Assembly: GCA_031400935.1 (NCBI GenBank)
Contig: JANNQV010000032.1
Location: 1 to 64,000 of the forward strand
Direction of reading: 5' to 3'
Length of the DNA stretch: 64,000 bases
Origin: Armatimonadota bacterium
Lineage (GTDB): Bacteria; Armatimonadota; Fimbriimonadia; Fimbriimonadales; Fimbriimonadaceae
Notes under the pieces: generated by a model
Database searches by the model: none
Told to the model about the DNA's origin: nothing
What the model saw: only the letters and a program-made list of their open reading frames with translations
Translations under genes and position numbers: made by a program
In this document: piece after piece, positions 9,971 to 18,533 of the stretch
Layout of the letters: every line of letters starts with the position of its first letter
Position numbering within the stretch: the first letter of the stretch is position 1

Positions 9971-10092
9971 TCCATTGCGGAGCTAAGGTCTCCGCTATTG
10001 ATCGCAAGTCGAAACAGTGGCTCCGCGGACCAGGATGCGGAGCTCATGCCGTGAAATTTGCAATTGCTCTGAAGTTGTGGCTCCGCGCTCCA
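9971..10092. repeat. Cluster of GCGGAG/CTCCGC short palindromic (REP-like) units
   Basis: GCGGAGCTAAGGTCTCCGC, GTGGCTCCGCGGACCAGGATGCGGAGC and GTGGCTCCGCGCTCCA downstream of selA. Confidence 0.45.
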
Positions 10093-10129
10093 TTCGTGTT
10101 CAGTCCCTTCCGAACCGGTTCCCAGCATT

Positions 10130-11464
10130 TTATTCATAAATTGATCTACCTAAAACCTTTACGGCGTCACGGATATCTTGTTCATCCATAGTTCGAGGAT
10201 CAATCCACACGATGTCCCGCTCAATTCGGCCAAGAATAGCTGGAGTTGACAAGCGAAGTCTTTTGGCAAATTCTTCTGCATTTTTGGTTCGAATTCCAAC
10301 TCGGAAAGTTGAAATCCCTGTTCCTGGCGCAGAGCCGCCGCCAATCTCCGTGAATCCGGCTTCTAGATAGGCCGATTTTCCAATTGCCTTTTGAATTCGA
10401 AATGCAGCCCGTTTGACTTCTTCAAGCGGCCTACGAATCGCCCACATGGTTGGGATTTCGTCCGAACGACTTTGAGCATGAAGTCTCAAAGTGGCCTCTA
10501 GCCCAGCCAAAGAAAGCTTGTCAATGCGCATTGCCCTGGTTAACGGGTGTTGTCGAATTGCTTGAATTGCAGACTTGGAACCCAGAATAATTCCTGCTTG
10601 GGTGCCGCCCAACAATTTGTCGCCGCTGCTGAGTACCAAATTGGCTCCCGCACTCAAGGATCGCTGAACTACTGGTTCCTCTTGCAAAAGGTCGGGAAGC
10701 GAACCAGCAAGTGCGCCGCTTCCGATATCGTCAATCAGAATCCAGCCGTTTGCGTGGGCATGTGCTGCGAGTTCTTCGACGCTTGGCTCTTCGACAAAGC
10801 CAATGACTTTGAAATTGCTCGGATGGCACCTTAAAATGGCGGCGGCATCTTCTTCAAACTTGTAATCCGAAATTCGTGTTTTGTTTGTGCAGCCAACTTC
10901 AATCAATTTGCACCCAGATTGCTTGACGATATCGGGCATTCGGAATGAACCTCCGATCTCGACCATTTGCCCACGTGAAAGATAGACTCCCTTACCGGCG
11001 CAATGAGCAGCCAAAGAAAGAAAAACTGCTGCAGCGCAATTATTGACGACAAGTGCGTCCGCCGCGCCAGTTAAATCACAAAGGAGACCACGGACATGCT
11101 CCTGACGGTCGCCCCGTTTGCCCGATTCAAGATCAATTTCGACAGCACTATGGTGCCTAGCAGCGATTTCAATGGCATCTGCAGCGGCATTTGCAATTCT
11201 GGAGCGACCGATCCCGGTATGCAAAATGACTCCCGACGCGTTGATCACTCTTTTTACCGAAGGCGAAGTCATTTGAACCGCAAAATCAGCTGCTGATTCA
11301 GAAATTTCCTGAGGAGTTGGAATTTCGCCGCCCGACTGCGCAAGCGACCTTGCGCGGGTAATCGCATTGCGGGCCGCATCGTTTCGAACGGGTTCAGAAA
11401 AGGCCGCCAACCTTGAATCTTGAGCCAAAACATCTACTTTGGGCAGGTTGCGTAGCGAGGACAT
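10130..11464 (-). CDS. selA: L-seryl-tRNA(Sec) selenium transferase
   Basis: RVINASGVILHTGIGR, VVNNCAAAV, SRGQMVEIGGSFRMPD, SGDKLLGGTQAGII (PLP Lys), RAMRIDK. Confidence 0.97.
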   Translation of the reverse strand: MSSLRNLPKVDVLAQDSRLAAFSEPVRNDAARNAITRARSLAQSGGEIPTPQEISESAADFAVQMTSPSVKRVINASGVILHTGIGRSRIANAAADAIEIAARHHSAVEIDLESGKRGDRQEHVRGLLCDLTGAADALVVNNCAAAVFLSLAAHCAGKGVYLSRGQMVEIGGSFRMPDIVKQSGCKLIEVGCTNKTRISDYKFEEDAAAILRCHPSNFKVIGFVEEPSVEELAAHAHANGWILIDDIGSGALAGSLPDLLQEEPVVQRSLSAGANLVLSSGDKLLGGTQAGIILGSKSAIQAIRQHPLTRAMRIDKLSLAGLEATLRLHAQSRSDEIPTMWAIRRPLEEVKRAAFRIQKAIGKSAYLEAGFTEIGGGSAPGTGISTFRVGIRTKNAEEFAKRLRLSTPAILGRIERDIVWIDPRTMDEQDIRDAVKVLGRSIYE

Positions 11465-11567
11465 AGAACGATTGTAGCCGCCAAACGACTATTTTCACAA
11501 CCAAACAAAAGTCCCAGCCGTATAGAACTTCACGGATATTCCGAACAAACAGGTGTAAAATTAAACA

Positions 11568-12284
11568 GTGAGCACAACTCCTCCTCCATTTAGCTACAAC
11601 GAAGGCAAACGCAAGGGCAACAATACTGGTCTTATTATCATGATCGTACTTGCTGTCTTGGTAGGCGGCTGCATTCTCCTTGTCGGTATGGGCGCTTGGT
11701 TTGGCATGATGGGTCTAAATCAAATCAAGCCAATAGTTGGTTGTGCAATTACATTTGAATCCATGCATGATGCAATCAAAGACTACACCGCAGAGAATAA
11801 TGGCAAACTTCCTTCTGCCGAAAAATGGCAAGACGAGTTGAAGCCATATGTCGCCCGCCATTTGGGCAATCAAATGAAGGAAGCAAAGAAAGAGGGCGCA
11901 GAATGGATCATGAAGGCAATGGACGTCGAAAGGGATTGGGGTTGCTACAAAGGCGATACAGACAATATGACCGGAATCGCATTCAACAAAGCTTTAAGCG
12001 GTAAAAAAGTTGACGACATGGAATCAAAGTCAACTACAGTCATCCTTTTCGAGATTGAAGCTCCAAGGAAAAACGCAAACGAAGAGTATAAACGGCGAGA
12101 CGAAAAGGATTCACCAAAGATAATGGGAAGTCCACGTGGCTGGTTTGAAGTGACATGGGACCGTGTTGAATATTCCGGTGACTCTAATATGAATTTTGAT
12201 ACTGGAAGGCGTTCTCGAGAGCGTGTTTCAACTGAACCTTCGAACGAATCGTCGAGCGAAACATCCACTTCCGAAGGGAACTAA
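11568..12284 (+). CDS. Membrane-anchored protein with DUF1559/pilin-like globular segment
   Basis: N-terminal TM, then CAITFESMHDAIKDYTAENNGKLPSAEKWQDELKPY. No prepilin cleavage site. Confidence 0.55.
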   Translation: MSTTPPPFSYNEGKRKGNNTGLIIMIVLAVLVGGCILLVGMGAWFGMMGLNQIKPIVGCAITFESMHDAIKDYTAENNGKLPSAEKWQDELKPYVARHLGNQMKEAKKEGAEWIMKAMDVERDWGCYKGDTDNMTGIAFNKALSGKKVDDMESKSTTVILFEIEAPRKNANEEYKRRDEKDSPKIMGSPRGWFEVTWDRVEYSGDSNMNFDTGRRSRERVSTEPSNESSSETSTSEGN

Positions 12285-12310
12285 ATCAAATGGGCGGTAC
12301 AATCCCGCCC

Positions 12311-12685
12311 ATGCGAAGTCTGGTTTCTTATAGTTTGGCTGCATTGCTGTTCTGCATTGGGTCTGCCTTTGCCCAAAACTCTATTGACACAAAGACAGAA
12401 CTTGCCAATCTCAAAAAGCTCGAGAGTCTTCAAACAGCTTCAAAAACTAAATTCCAGAAAACCCCAAAGGATGCCAAGATGCGCAAGGAATACGTTTCTG
12501 TAACCTTGACGCTGGCAAACAACATCCAAGCATCAATGGCTCTGACTAGCAAAGAAAAGTATCCGAAAGCTCTGAGACTTTATCGCGAAGTTCTAAAAAC
12601 TGACCCGAAAAACAAAGAAGCGAAAGAGAACAAAGAGCGTATCGAAATGATTTATCGCAGCATGGGCAGGCCCGTCCCAAAATAA
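12311..12685 (+). CDS. Small secreted protein with TPR-like helix pair
   Basis: Signal peptide ending AFA-Q; YPKALRLYREVLKTDPKNKEA. TACAAT lies 7 nt before ATG 12311. Confidence 0.7.
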   Translation: MRSLVSYSLAALLFCIGSAFAQNSIDTKTELANLKKLESLQTASKTKFQKTPKDAKMRKEYVSVTLTLANNIQASMALTSKEKYPKALRLYREVLKTDPKNKEAKENKERIEMIYRSMGRPVPK

Positions 12686-12706
12686 TCTGCACTCAGGAGC
12701 CTTCAA

Positions 12707-14593
12707 ATGATCCCTAATGAATCGAAGATTAAGGACGAAGGAAAGCACTTCGCCCTCTTAGTTGCGGTAATTGTCGCGGCGATTAGCCTCTTGCCAATGT
12801 TGATTGGTACGGTTACGTCAACTGTCAACAATGCGTTTGTCGGCTACCCGAACGCGACCGACGATCACATGGTTTATGCGGCTTGGATGAAGCAAGCCCA
12901 GGATTTCCGCTTCTTTTTTGATAATCGGTTTGCCGTTGACGCCCAGCCTGGCCTCACCGTTCATTTGTATTTCTTCGTTTTGGGATTATTATCAAAGATT
13001 GTCGGAATTCCTTGGGCGAGTGCCCTTGCGAAAGCGTTTTTCGCTGGTTTCTTTGTCATTTTGTGCCAACGGTTGCTTCGAAAATTTACCGAAGACTTGT
13101 ACACCATCAAGTTGACTCTTGGATTGGTTGTTTTGGGAGGCGGAATCGGCACTCTGGTTTGGCATAAATTTGGTGAAGCAATTACTATAGAGGTAAACGA
13201 GCAATTGACGAACGCACTTCAGGGCAGACTTCCTACAGATGTTTGGCAGCCAGAAGGCTTTGTTTTCCCCTCCATGCTAACGAACAGCTTGTTTATGGTT
13301 TCAATGTGTCTGATGATTGGGATCATTCTCGCTCTTCTTGAATCAAAGGACTCCTGGAAGCCAGTTCTTTGTGGTGCCGGATGCGTGTTTGTACTGACCA
13401 ACATCCATTCATACGATGTGCTCCTAATGCTATTAGTTTCTGTTGGGTTTATTGCGATTAGCTCATCCAGAAAACGAATGAGCGGTGCTTGGCTACTGCG
13501 AGGCGCAGCAATTTTTGCGGGAGGAATTCCTTCTGGATTGTGGATCTATTGGGTGCTTCAAAAGGATCCAGTTTTTCAAGCTCGGGCTGCCACTCTCACA
13601 TATTCTCCGAATTTTCGACAGGTGTTCTTCGGATATTTGATTTTGATGGTCTTCGCAATTATAGGATTCTTTTTTGTGAACCAAAAGGCCGACGATCGGT
13701 TTCCAATGCGGCGGGCACTAGGTGGCATCGGTGTGATCGCAATAATTGCGACCCTTTACTTAATGGCGCCAAATCATCGGGATGGATATTTCATGACTCC
13801 TACGATGTTCGCTGGAGTGTTCATCGCAATGATTGTTTGCGGTTGCCTTCTTGCAGGCGACAATGATTTGTTTAACTTCGTTCTGGCTTGGGCTTTGGTT
13901 GGACTAGTTGCGATGTACTTCCCCGCTCTGTTTCAACGCAAACTCGCTATTGGCCTCAGTATTCCGTGGGCAATTCTGGCGGGGATGACATTGTCCTCGT
14001 TGTTGAAAGACCGGCGTGGCGCATGGCGAACCCTCGCAAGTGCCCTTGTCGTTTGTGTTGCTGGAGTCAGTTCGGTAAGGTGGCTCGAACGCGAATTGTG
14101 GTTGATCAAAGACAGAGTGAGCCGAACCACTACACATCCACTTTTTTTGTCGAGGACAATGCAAGACATCGTTATTGCTCTTAACGACCGAAGTTCTGAA
14201 AAGCGAACTGTTATCGCCGTGCCTGGGGCGGCAAACAGCAGATATGATGGCGAAGACCCAAAAGACATTGATGAATTTGACCCTCCTATTCTCGCAGATT
14301 TGAACCCGATTGTTTCCGGACTCACTGGTGCCTATTCGTACGCAGGTCATTGGAGCGAGACGCCCGACTACCTCGTGAGAAGGAAGAACGCTTTGAAGTT
14401 CTTTATGACAAACGCAAGGCAAGAATTTCGGCAGTCCATCATTGATGAAATTGATCCGAATTCTTCTGTTTATGCCATTGGGCCGACCTATGGAACCTTC
14501 GGCCAGCAAGGAAAATCTGGCTTTGCTGATCCAGAAAGACTTGGAGAGGTGATCGTTAAGGGCAACGATTATGTGCTTGTGAAAATTCGGTAG
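12707..14593 (+). CDS. Polytopic membrane protein, GT-C glycosyltransferase-like
   Basis: More than 10 TM helices, an acidic DD motif (NATDDHMVY) in the first external loop and a soluble C-terminal domain with YAGHWSET. Confidence 0.6.
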   Translation: MIPNESKIKDEGKHFALLVAVIVAAISLLPMLIGTVTSTVNNAFVGYPNATDDHMVYAAWMKQAQDFRFFFDNRFAVDAQPGLTVHLYFFVLGLLSKIVGIPWASALAKAFFAGFFVILCQRLLRKFTEDLYTIKLTLGLVVLGGGIGTLVWHKFGEAITIEVNEQLTNALQGRLPTDVWQPEGFVFPSMLTNSLFMVSMCLMIGIILALLESKDSWKPVLCGAGCVFVLTNIHSYDVLLMLLVSVGFIAISSSRKRMSGAWLLRGAAIFAGGIPSGLWIYWVLQKDPVFQARAATLTYSPNFRQVFFGYLILMVFAIIGFFFVNQKADDRFPMRRALGGIGVIAIIATLYLMAPNHRDGYFMTPTMFAGVFIAMIVCGCLLAGDNDLFNFVLAWALVGLVAMYFPALFQRKLAIGLSIPWAILAGMTLSSLLKDRRGAWRTLASALVVCVAGVSSVRWLERELWLIKDRVSRTTTHPLFLSRTMQDIVIALNDRSSEKRTVIAVPGAANSRYDGEDPKDIDEFDPPILADLNPIVSGLTGAYSYAGHWSETPDYLVRRKNALKFFMTNARQEFRQSIIDEIDPNSSVYAIGPTYGTFGQQGKSGFADPERLGEVIVKGNDYVLVKIR

Positions 14594-14597
14594 CTCT

Positions 14598-14742
14598 GGT
14601 TGTTTGCAGTTTGCGGTTGGCGGTTGTCGGTTGGCGGGTTTATGGGACTAATGCGACTCATTCGCCCAACTAAACTCGGAGTCAGCTACCGATAACCAAT
14701 AACCAACGACCAATAACTAATAACCGATAACCAACAACAAAC
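14598..14742. repeat. Inverted arrays of degenerate heptamer tandem repeats
   Basis: (nnCGGTT)n arm followed by an (ACCAATA/ACCGATA/ACCAACA)n arm, between convergent genes. Confidence 0.75.
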
Positions 14743-16122
14743 CTAGTTCGGAGGCTCAGATTCAGGCTCGGTTCCACCAGCATTACCCGGCGGTGGCGTC
14801 GCTACAGGAGCCTTAGCCGACTTGTTGATGGCTATGATTCTTGGAGAGCCCGCATAATTGCTTTGGTTGAGAATCTCTCGCTTCATTTCTTTTCCGTTCA
14901 GCATGACAATTCTGTAAACAGACACGGCGTGCCCGGAACTACCCTTTTCAACAACCTTTTGCTTTCCAAACGGCAATGAACCATCATGCTCATATTTTAG
15001 GCCCCGTCCCCAACTGCGGTGACCGAAGGTTTGCAGTTTGACTTCTTGCCCAATCACCTTCGTTCCAAGAATTCGGAAAGATAGTTTGCCAGGCTCGTAA
15101 GTTCGCGAAATTGCAATGGGAAGTTCCGTATTATTTTGAAACTTAAAGTCTAGGCTCGGCCATGAAACCGTACAGTCCCTACCCAGCGCCAGATAAGCGC
15201 TTGGCAACGAGTGATTGCTCCTCAGCAGCACCTTTAAATTGGCATACACAACGGCATTGTATAGAGTCCCAGATACCTGGCAGATTCCGCCGCCAATTCC
15301 AACATCATGTCTTCCATTTTTAAGAACTGGAGCAATCTTGTACCCATCGTTCATGGTCCGTTCTCCAACAATTTGATTGAAGCTAAAGCTCTCGCCAGGC
15401 ATCAAAATCAGACCGTCTAATTTCCCAGACGCCAATTTTAGATTTTCATTTCGATTGCGTTGGCCTGCCGGAAATCGCGTGGAACTTTCCGCCACAATTT
15501 CTTTAATCTTGTCTAATTCGGCGTCAGGAATCCTCTTTTCCGCCATTTTTACTGGAAGTTCCAATTGCCCGTCATTTTGAAATGCCTCTACGATGATTGG
15601 CAAAAGAGCCTCGTCGTCCAAGGCATATCCAGAAACTTCATAGTCTCGCAGAATTACTCCCTTTTCAAACCGAACCCTTGCAGGACGTAGTTCACCGATC
15701 TGTTTGCGAACGAATTCTTGAACCCATTTCGTGTCGGCCCCATTTGACTTAAGTTTCAGTTTAAATGATTTACGTTCTTCAGCTCCGCCACTAATGGTTC
15801 TTCCCGCTGAATCCCAAAATGATTCGGTTGGCAGTGTTTGTATCGAATTTTGGTCGTCAACGACGTATCCCATTTTGCCAATCGTCGTTGGCACAGGTTC
15901 TAATTTCGCGTTTGGAACGGTCAAATTTAATGGCCGAAGTTTCTCGTTTTCCCACCAGATTCGAAGGCGTTTCATTGCCTCATCGCGGGTCATGTCGCCA
16001 ACCGGCACATTCCCAATGAAAGTGTTTGGGCGAATTTTCTCTTCGTACCGTGTAGCTAAAATTGCAACAGCACCGCCACCGGCAAGTGTTGTTGCTCCAA
16101 GAATTGTAAGAAATCGCTTCAT
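14743..16122 (-). CDS. VanW family protein with C-terminal G5 domain
   Basis: PGESFSFNQIVGER, GIGGGICQVSGTLYNA, RSNHS, DFKFQN; G5-like EHDGSLPFGKQKVVEKG. Confidence 0.92.
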   Translation of the reverse strand: MKRFLTILGATTLAGGGAVAILATRYEEKIRPNTFIGNVPVGDMTRDEAMKRLRIWWENEKLRPLNLTVPNAKLEPVPTTIGKMGYVVDDQNSIQTLPTESFWDSAGRTISGGAEERKSFKLKLKSNGADTKWVQEFVRKQIGELRPARVRFEKGVILRDYEVSGYALDDEALLPIIVEAFQNDGQLELPVKMAEKRIPDAELDKIKEIVAESSTRFPAGQRNRNENLKLASGKLDGLILMPGESFSFNQIVGERTMNDGYKIAPVLKNGRHDVGIGGGICQVSGTLYNAVVYANLKVLLRSNHSLPSAYLALGRDCTVSWPSLDFKFQNNTELPIAISRTYEPGKLSFRILGTKVIGQEVKLQTFGHRSWGRGLKYEHDGSLPFGKQKVVEKGSSGHAVSVYRIVMLNGKEMKREILNQSNYAGSPRIIAINKSAKAPVATPPPGNAGGTEPESEPPN

Positions 16123-16405
16123 ATCTTTGGTTTCATGCTTTGTTTTTTAAATCCAAATTAGCACTCAAAGGTTCCAACTATTGGACTTACGTATTGTGCA
16201 ATCGTTGCTGTGCTTTTCAGTTTTTTCCTTTCAAATGATTGCGAACCCTAGTTTCTTGGATGCTACCCTTGATAATTGGCGGTTTTGCCCAGTAATTTAG
16301 GTCCACTGAACCGGTTCAACCAACGGTATCCACAAATCATAAGACGGTTCAAATGCCGATTCCGAATCAAAAAAGCAAAGTGGCCTCATCTAGTACAATA
16401 TCAAC

Positions 16406-17302
16406 ATGCCAAAGCTTGTATGGTTCAACGGCGTAATCACTCCTCTGGAACAAGCGACCGTACCGGCCGCTGACCATGCCCACCTGTACGGCGATGGGCT
16501 TTTCGAGGGAATTCGATTCTATTCACGTCGGATTTATCGGCTTGATGAGCACCTTCGTAGGCTCTATCACGGAATCAATTACATGGGCTTCAGTATGGGC
16601 CTTCCGTACGAAACTCTACGTTCAACCGTACTAGATGTTTGCCGTCAATCGGATCTCAATGAAGGATACATTCGACTCAACGTGACTCGCGGCACTGGTC
16701 TTGGGCTCGACCCCAAAAATATGGAAGAGAAGGCGAATGTGATGATAATGATTTCATCGCTTTCTCTTTTTTCTGAAAGTCTCTACGAAGTCGGAATCAA
16801 AGTTGTCACGTCACCTATCCGAGTGATTCCTGCTGATTCGTTGGATCCAAGAGTCAAGTGCATCGGACGATATGCTAGCAATATCTTGGCAAAGCAGCAC
16901 GCCAATCGAGTCGGTGCGGGCGAAGCACTTCTTTTGAATCACCAAGGTTTTGTTGCCGAAGGTACCGGAATCAACGTGTTTATGGTTTCCAATGGCGTCG
17001 TGAGAACACCGCACTCTTCTTGTGGGATATTGGAAGGTTGCACCAGAAATGCAGTTATTGATCTTCTCAAGCGAAGCGGGTGCACAGTTGAAGAGACGTT
17101 TTTGACCACATACGACTTTTATTCTGCCGACGAGGCCTTTTTCACAGGAACGGCTGCCGAAGTAATGCCATTTACATATCTCGATGGAAATCCAATCGGG
17201 AACGGTAAGGTCGGTGAAATTACGAAACGAGCCATGGCATTATTTGCGGCTGATACGGCGAACGGCGTCCCTTTTGACTTGAGAGTCAATGAGGCTGTGT
17301 GA
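16406..17302 (+). CDS. ilvE: Branched-chain amino-acid aminotransferase (PLP class IV)
   Basis: YGDGLFEGIRFY, EHLRRL, AEGTGINVF, GILEGCTR, ADEAFFTGTAAEV. Confidence 0.92.
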   Translation: MPKLVWFNGVITPLEQATVPAADHAHLYGDGLFEGIRFYSRRIYRLDEHLRRLYHGINYMGFSMGLPYETLRSTVLDVCRQSDLNEGYIRLNVTRGTGLGLDPKNMEEKANVMIMISSLSLFSESLYEVGIKVVTSPIRVIPADSLDPRVKCIGRYASNILAKQHANRVGAGEALLLNHQGFVAEGTGINVFMVSNGVVRTPHSSCGILEGCTRNAVIDLLKRSGCTVEETFLTTYDFYSADEAFFTGTAAEVMPFTYLDGNPIGNGKVGEITKRAMALFAADTANGVPFDLRVNEAV

Positions 17303-17564
17303 AACTTGCGGTAAAACTGCTCCGTTCGTAATTCGAGCGGACGAATTGGAAAGGCACCTGTGTGGTGACTGCTTGAGATTGGAAGAACCATTGCCGGGGA
17401 TCGTTGATTTGCTTAACAAAATTGTCGGACCTAGCAAGCGAACTAGGATTTGTCCGCATTGCGGCTGGAAGGCTGAAGAAGTGGAACACACTGGCAAAGT
17501 TGGCTGTCCTTTATGCTATGAGGCATTGGACTCGCCACTTTTGCGCGAAATTGAACGTCTGTAA
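17289..17564 (+). CDS. Short McsA-like Cys-rich protein (four CxxC, no UVR domain)
   Basis: LCETCG…HLCGDC…CPHCGW…TGKVGCPLCY matches the McsA N-terminal pattern; overlaps the ilvE stop. Confidence 0.65.
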   Translation: MRLCETCGKTAPFVIRADELERHLCGDCLRLEEPLPGIVDLLNKIVGPSKRTRICPHCGWKAEEVEHTGKVGCPLCYEALDSPLLREIERL

Positions 17565-17658
17565 AGGATCATTGCAAGCTAATGGTGAATGCGCTTTTTA
17601 AGGCGTGTTCAAAACGTGACCGATAGCCAAAAAGGTATCTTTAACTCCCGAGGACCGA

Positions 17659-18393
17659 ATGAATCGAATTCTTTCATGGATGACAATAGCTGCGCTAGGA
17701 CTGGCTTTAGCCGGATGTGGCGGCGGCGGCACTACAGGAACCAATGCGCCCGACCCTGCCGTCCGATTCATAAATGGCTCCTGCGACACTACTCTATTAG
17801 AATTCTTTGAGTTTGTTGATGGCACGGAAACCATTCTGGAAACTGGTTTGGCATACCTTGGCACGTCCGCTGTTTTTGAAGATGTGGAACCTGAATTGCA
17901 CGACATTGATGTGCGAGAAGTTGGCGCAACTGAGAGCATTTGGACAGAGACATTTGATATGGCTCGGGACAAGGACTATCTCTTGGTCTCCCTTGGTTTG
18001 AAAACTTTTGGAATCGAAACTGAAAAAAGGCTTCGAATCCAGCGTTTCGAAATCAACCGAACTGCGCCAAATGCGAATAAGTCGCGAATCTATGTTATTC
18101 ATGGCCTGAATCGAAGCGCTGGCAATCAAACCACCGGAATTGACTTTCAAAATCCAGGAAACAACCCTCAATACAAGCTCACCAACGTTGGCTATCTGAC
18201 CGAGCAAAATATTGAGATTGATTCAACCTCGCACACTTTCCAAGCAAGACGATTCGGAACAGAAAGCATTTATGTCTCGCGAACATTTGCCTTCGAAAGC
18301 GGAAAAATCTATGCTGTCCTACTAACCGGCGTCGAAGACGGAGTCGGTGCTAACGCTGCTGCAATGGAAATTATTGAGCTTCAGCCAGAGTAG
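17659..18393 (+). CDS. Lipoprotein, DUF4397-like
   Basis: Lipobox LAGC; VRFINGSCD and RIYVIHG twin beta-sandwich motifs. Confidence 0.75.
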   Translation: MNRILSWMTIAALGLALAGCGGGGTTGTNAPDPAVRFINGSCDTTLLEFFEFVDGTETILETGLAYLGTSAVFEDVEPELHDIDVREVGATESIWTETFDMARDKDYLLVSLGLKTFGIETEKRLRIQRFEINRTAPNANKSRIYVIHGLNRSAGNQTTGIDFQNPGNNPQYKLTNVGYLTEQNIEIDSTSHTFQARRFGTESIYVSRTFAFESGKIYAVLLTGVEDGVGANAAAMEIIELQPE

Positions 18394-18533
18394 GTTTCTG
18401 GTATCGGTTGTCGGTTGGTTGGTGGTTTGCAAGTGGTTGGCAGGTTGCATTCCGCTCTCCGCTCTTCGCACTGATCCGCAATTCGCATTCAGAAGACCCA
18501 ATACACGAAGCCGTTCCCCGGTATTATGCGGCA

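Noticed and set aside
9968..10129. tRNA-Sec (selC) next to selA
   Set aside because: The minus strand has GGAAG… and CTTCAG, but there is no complementary acceptor stem, proper T-arm or CCA end.
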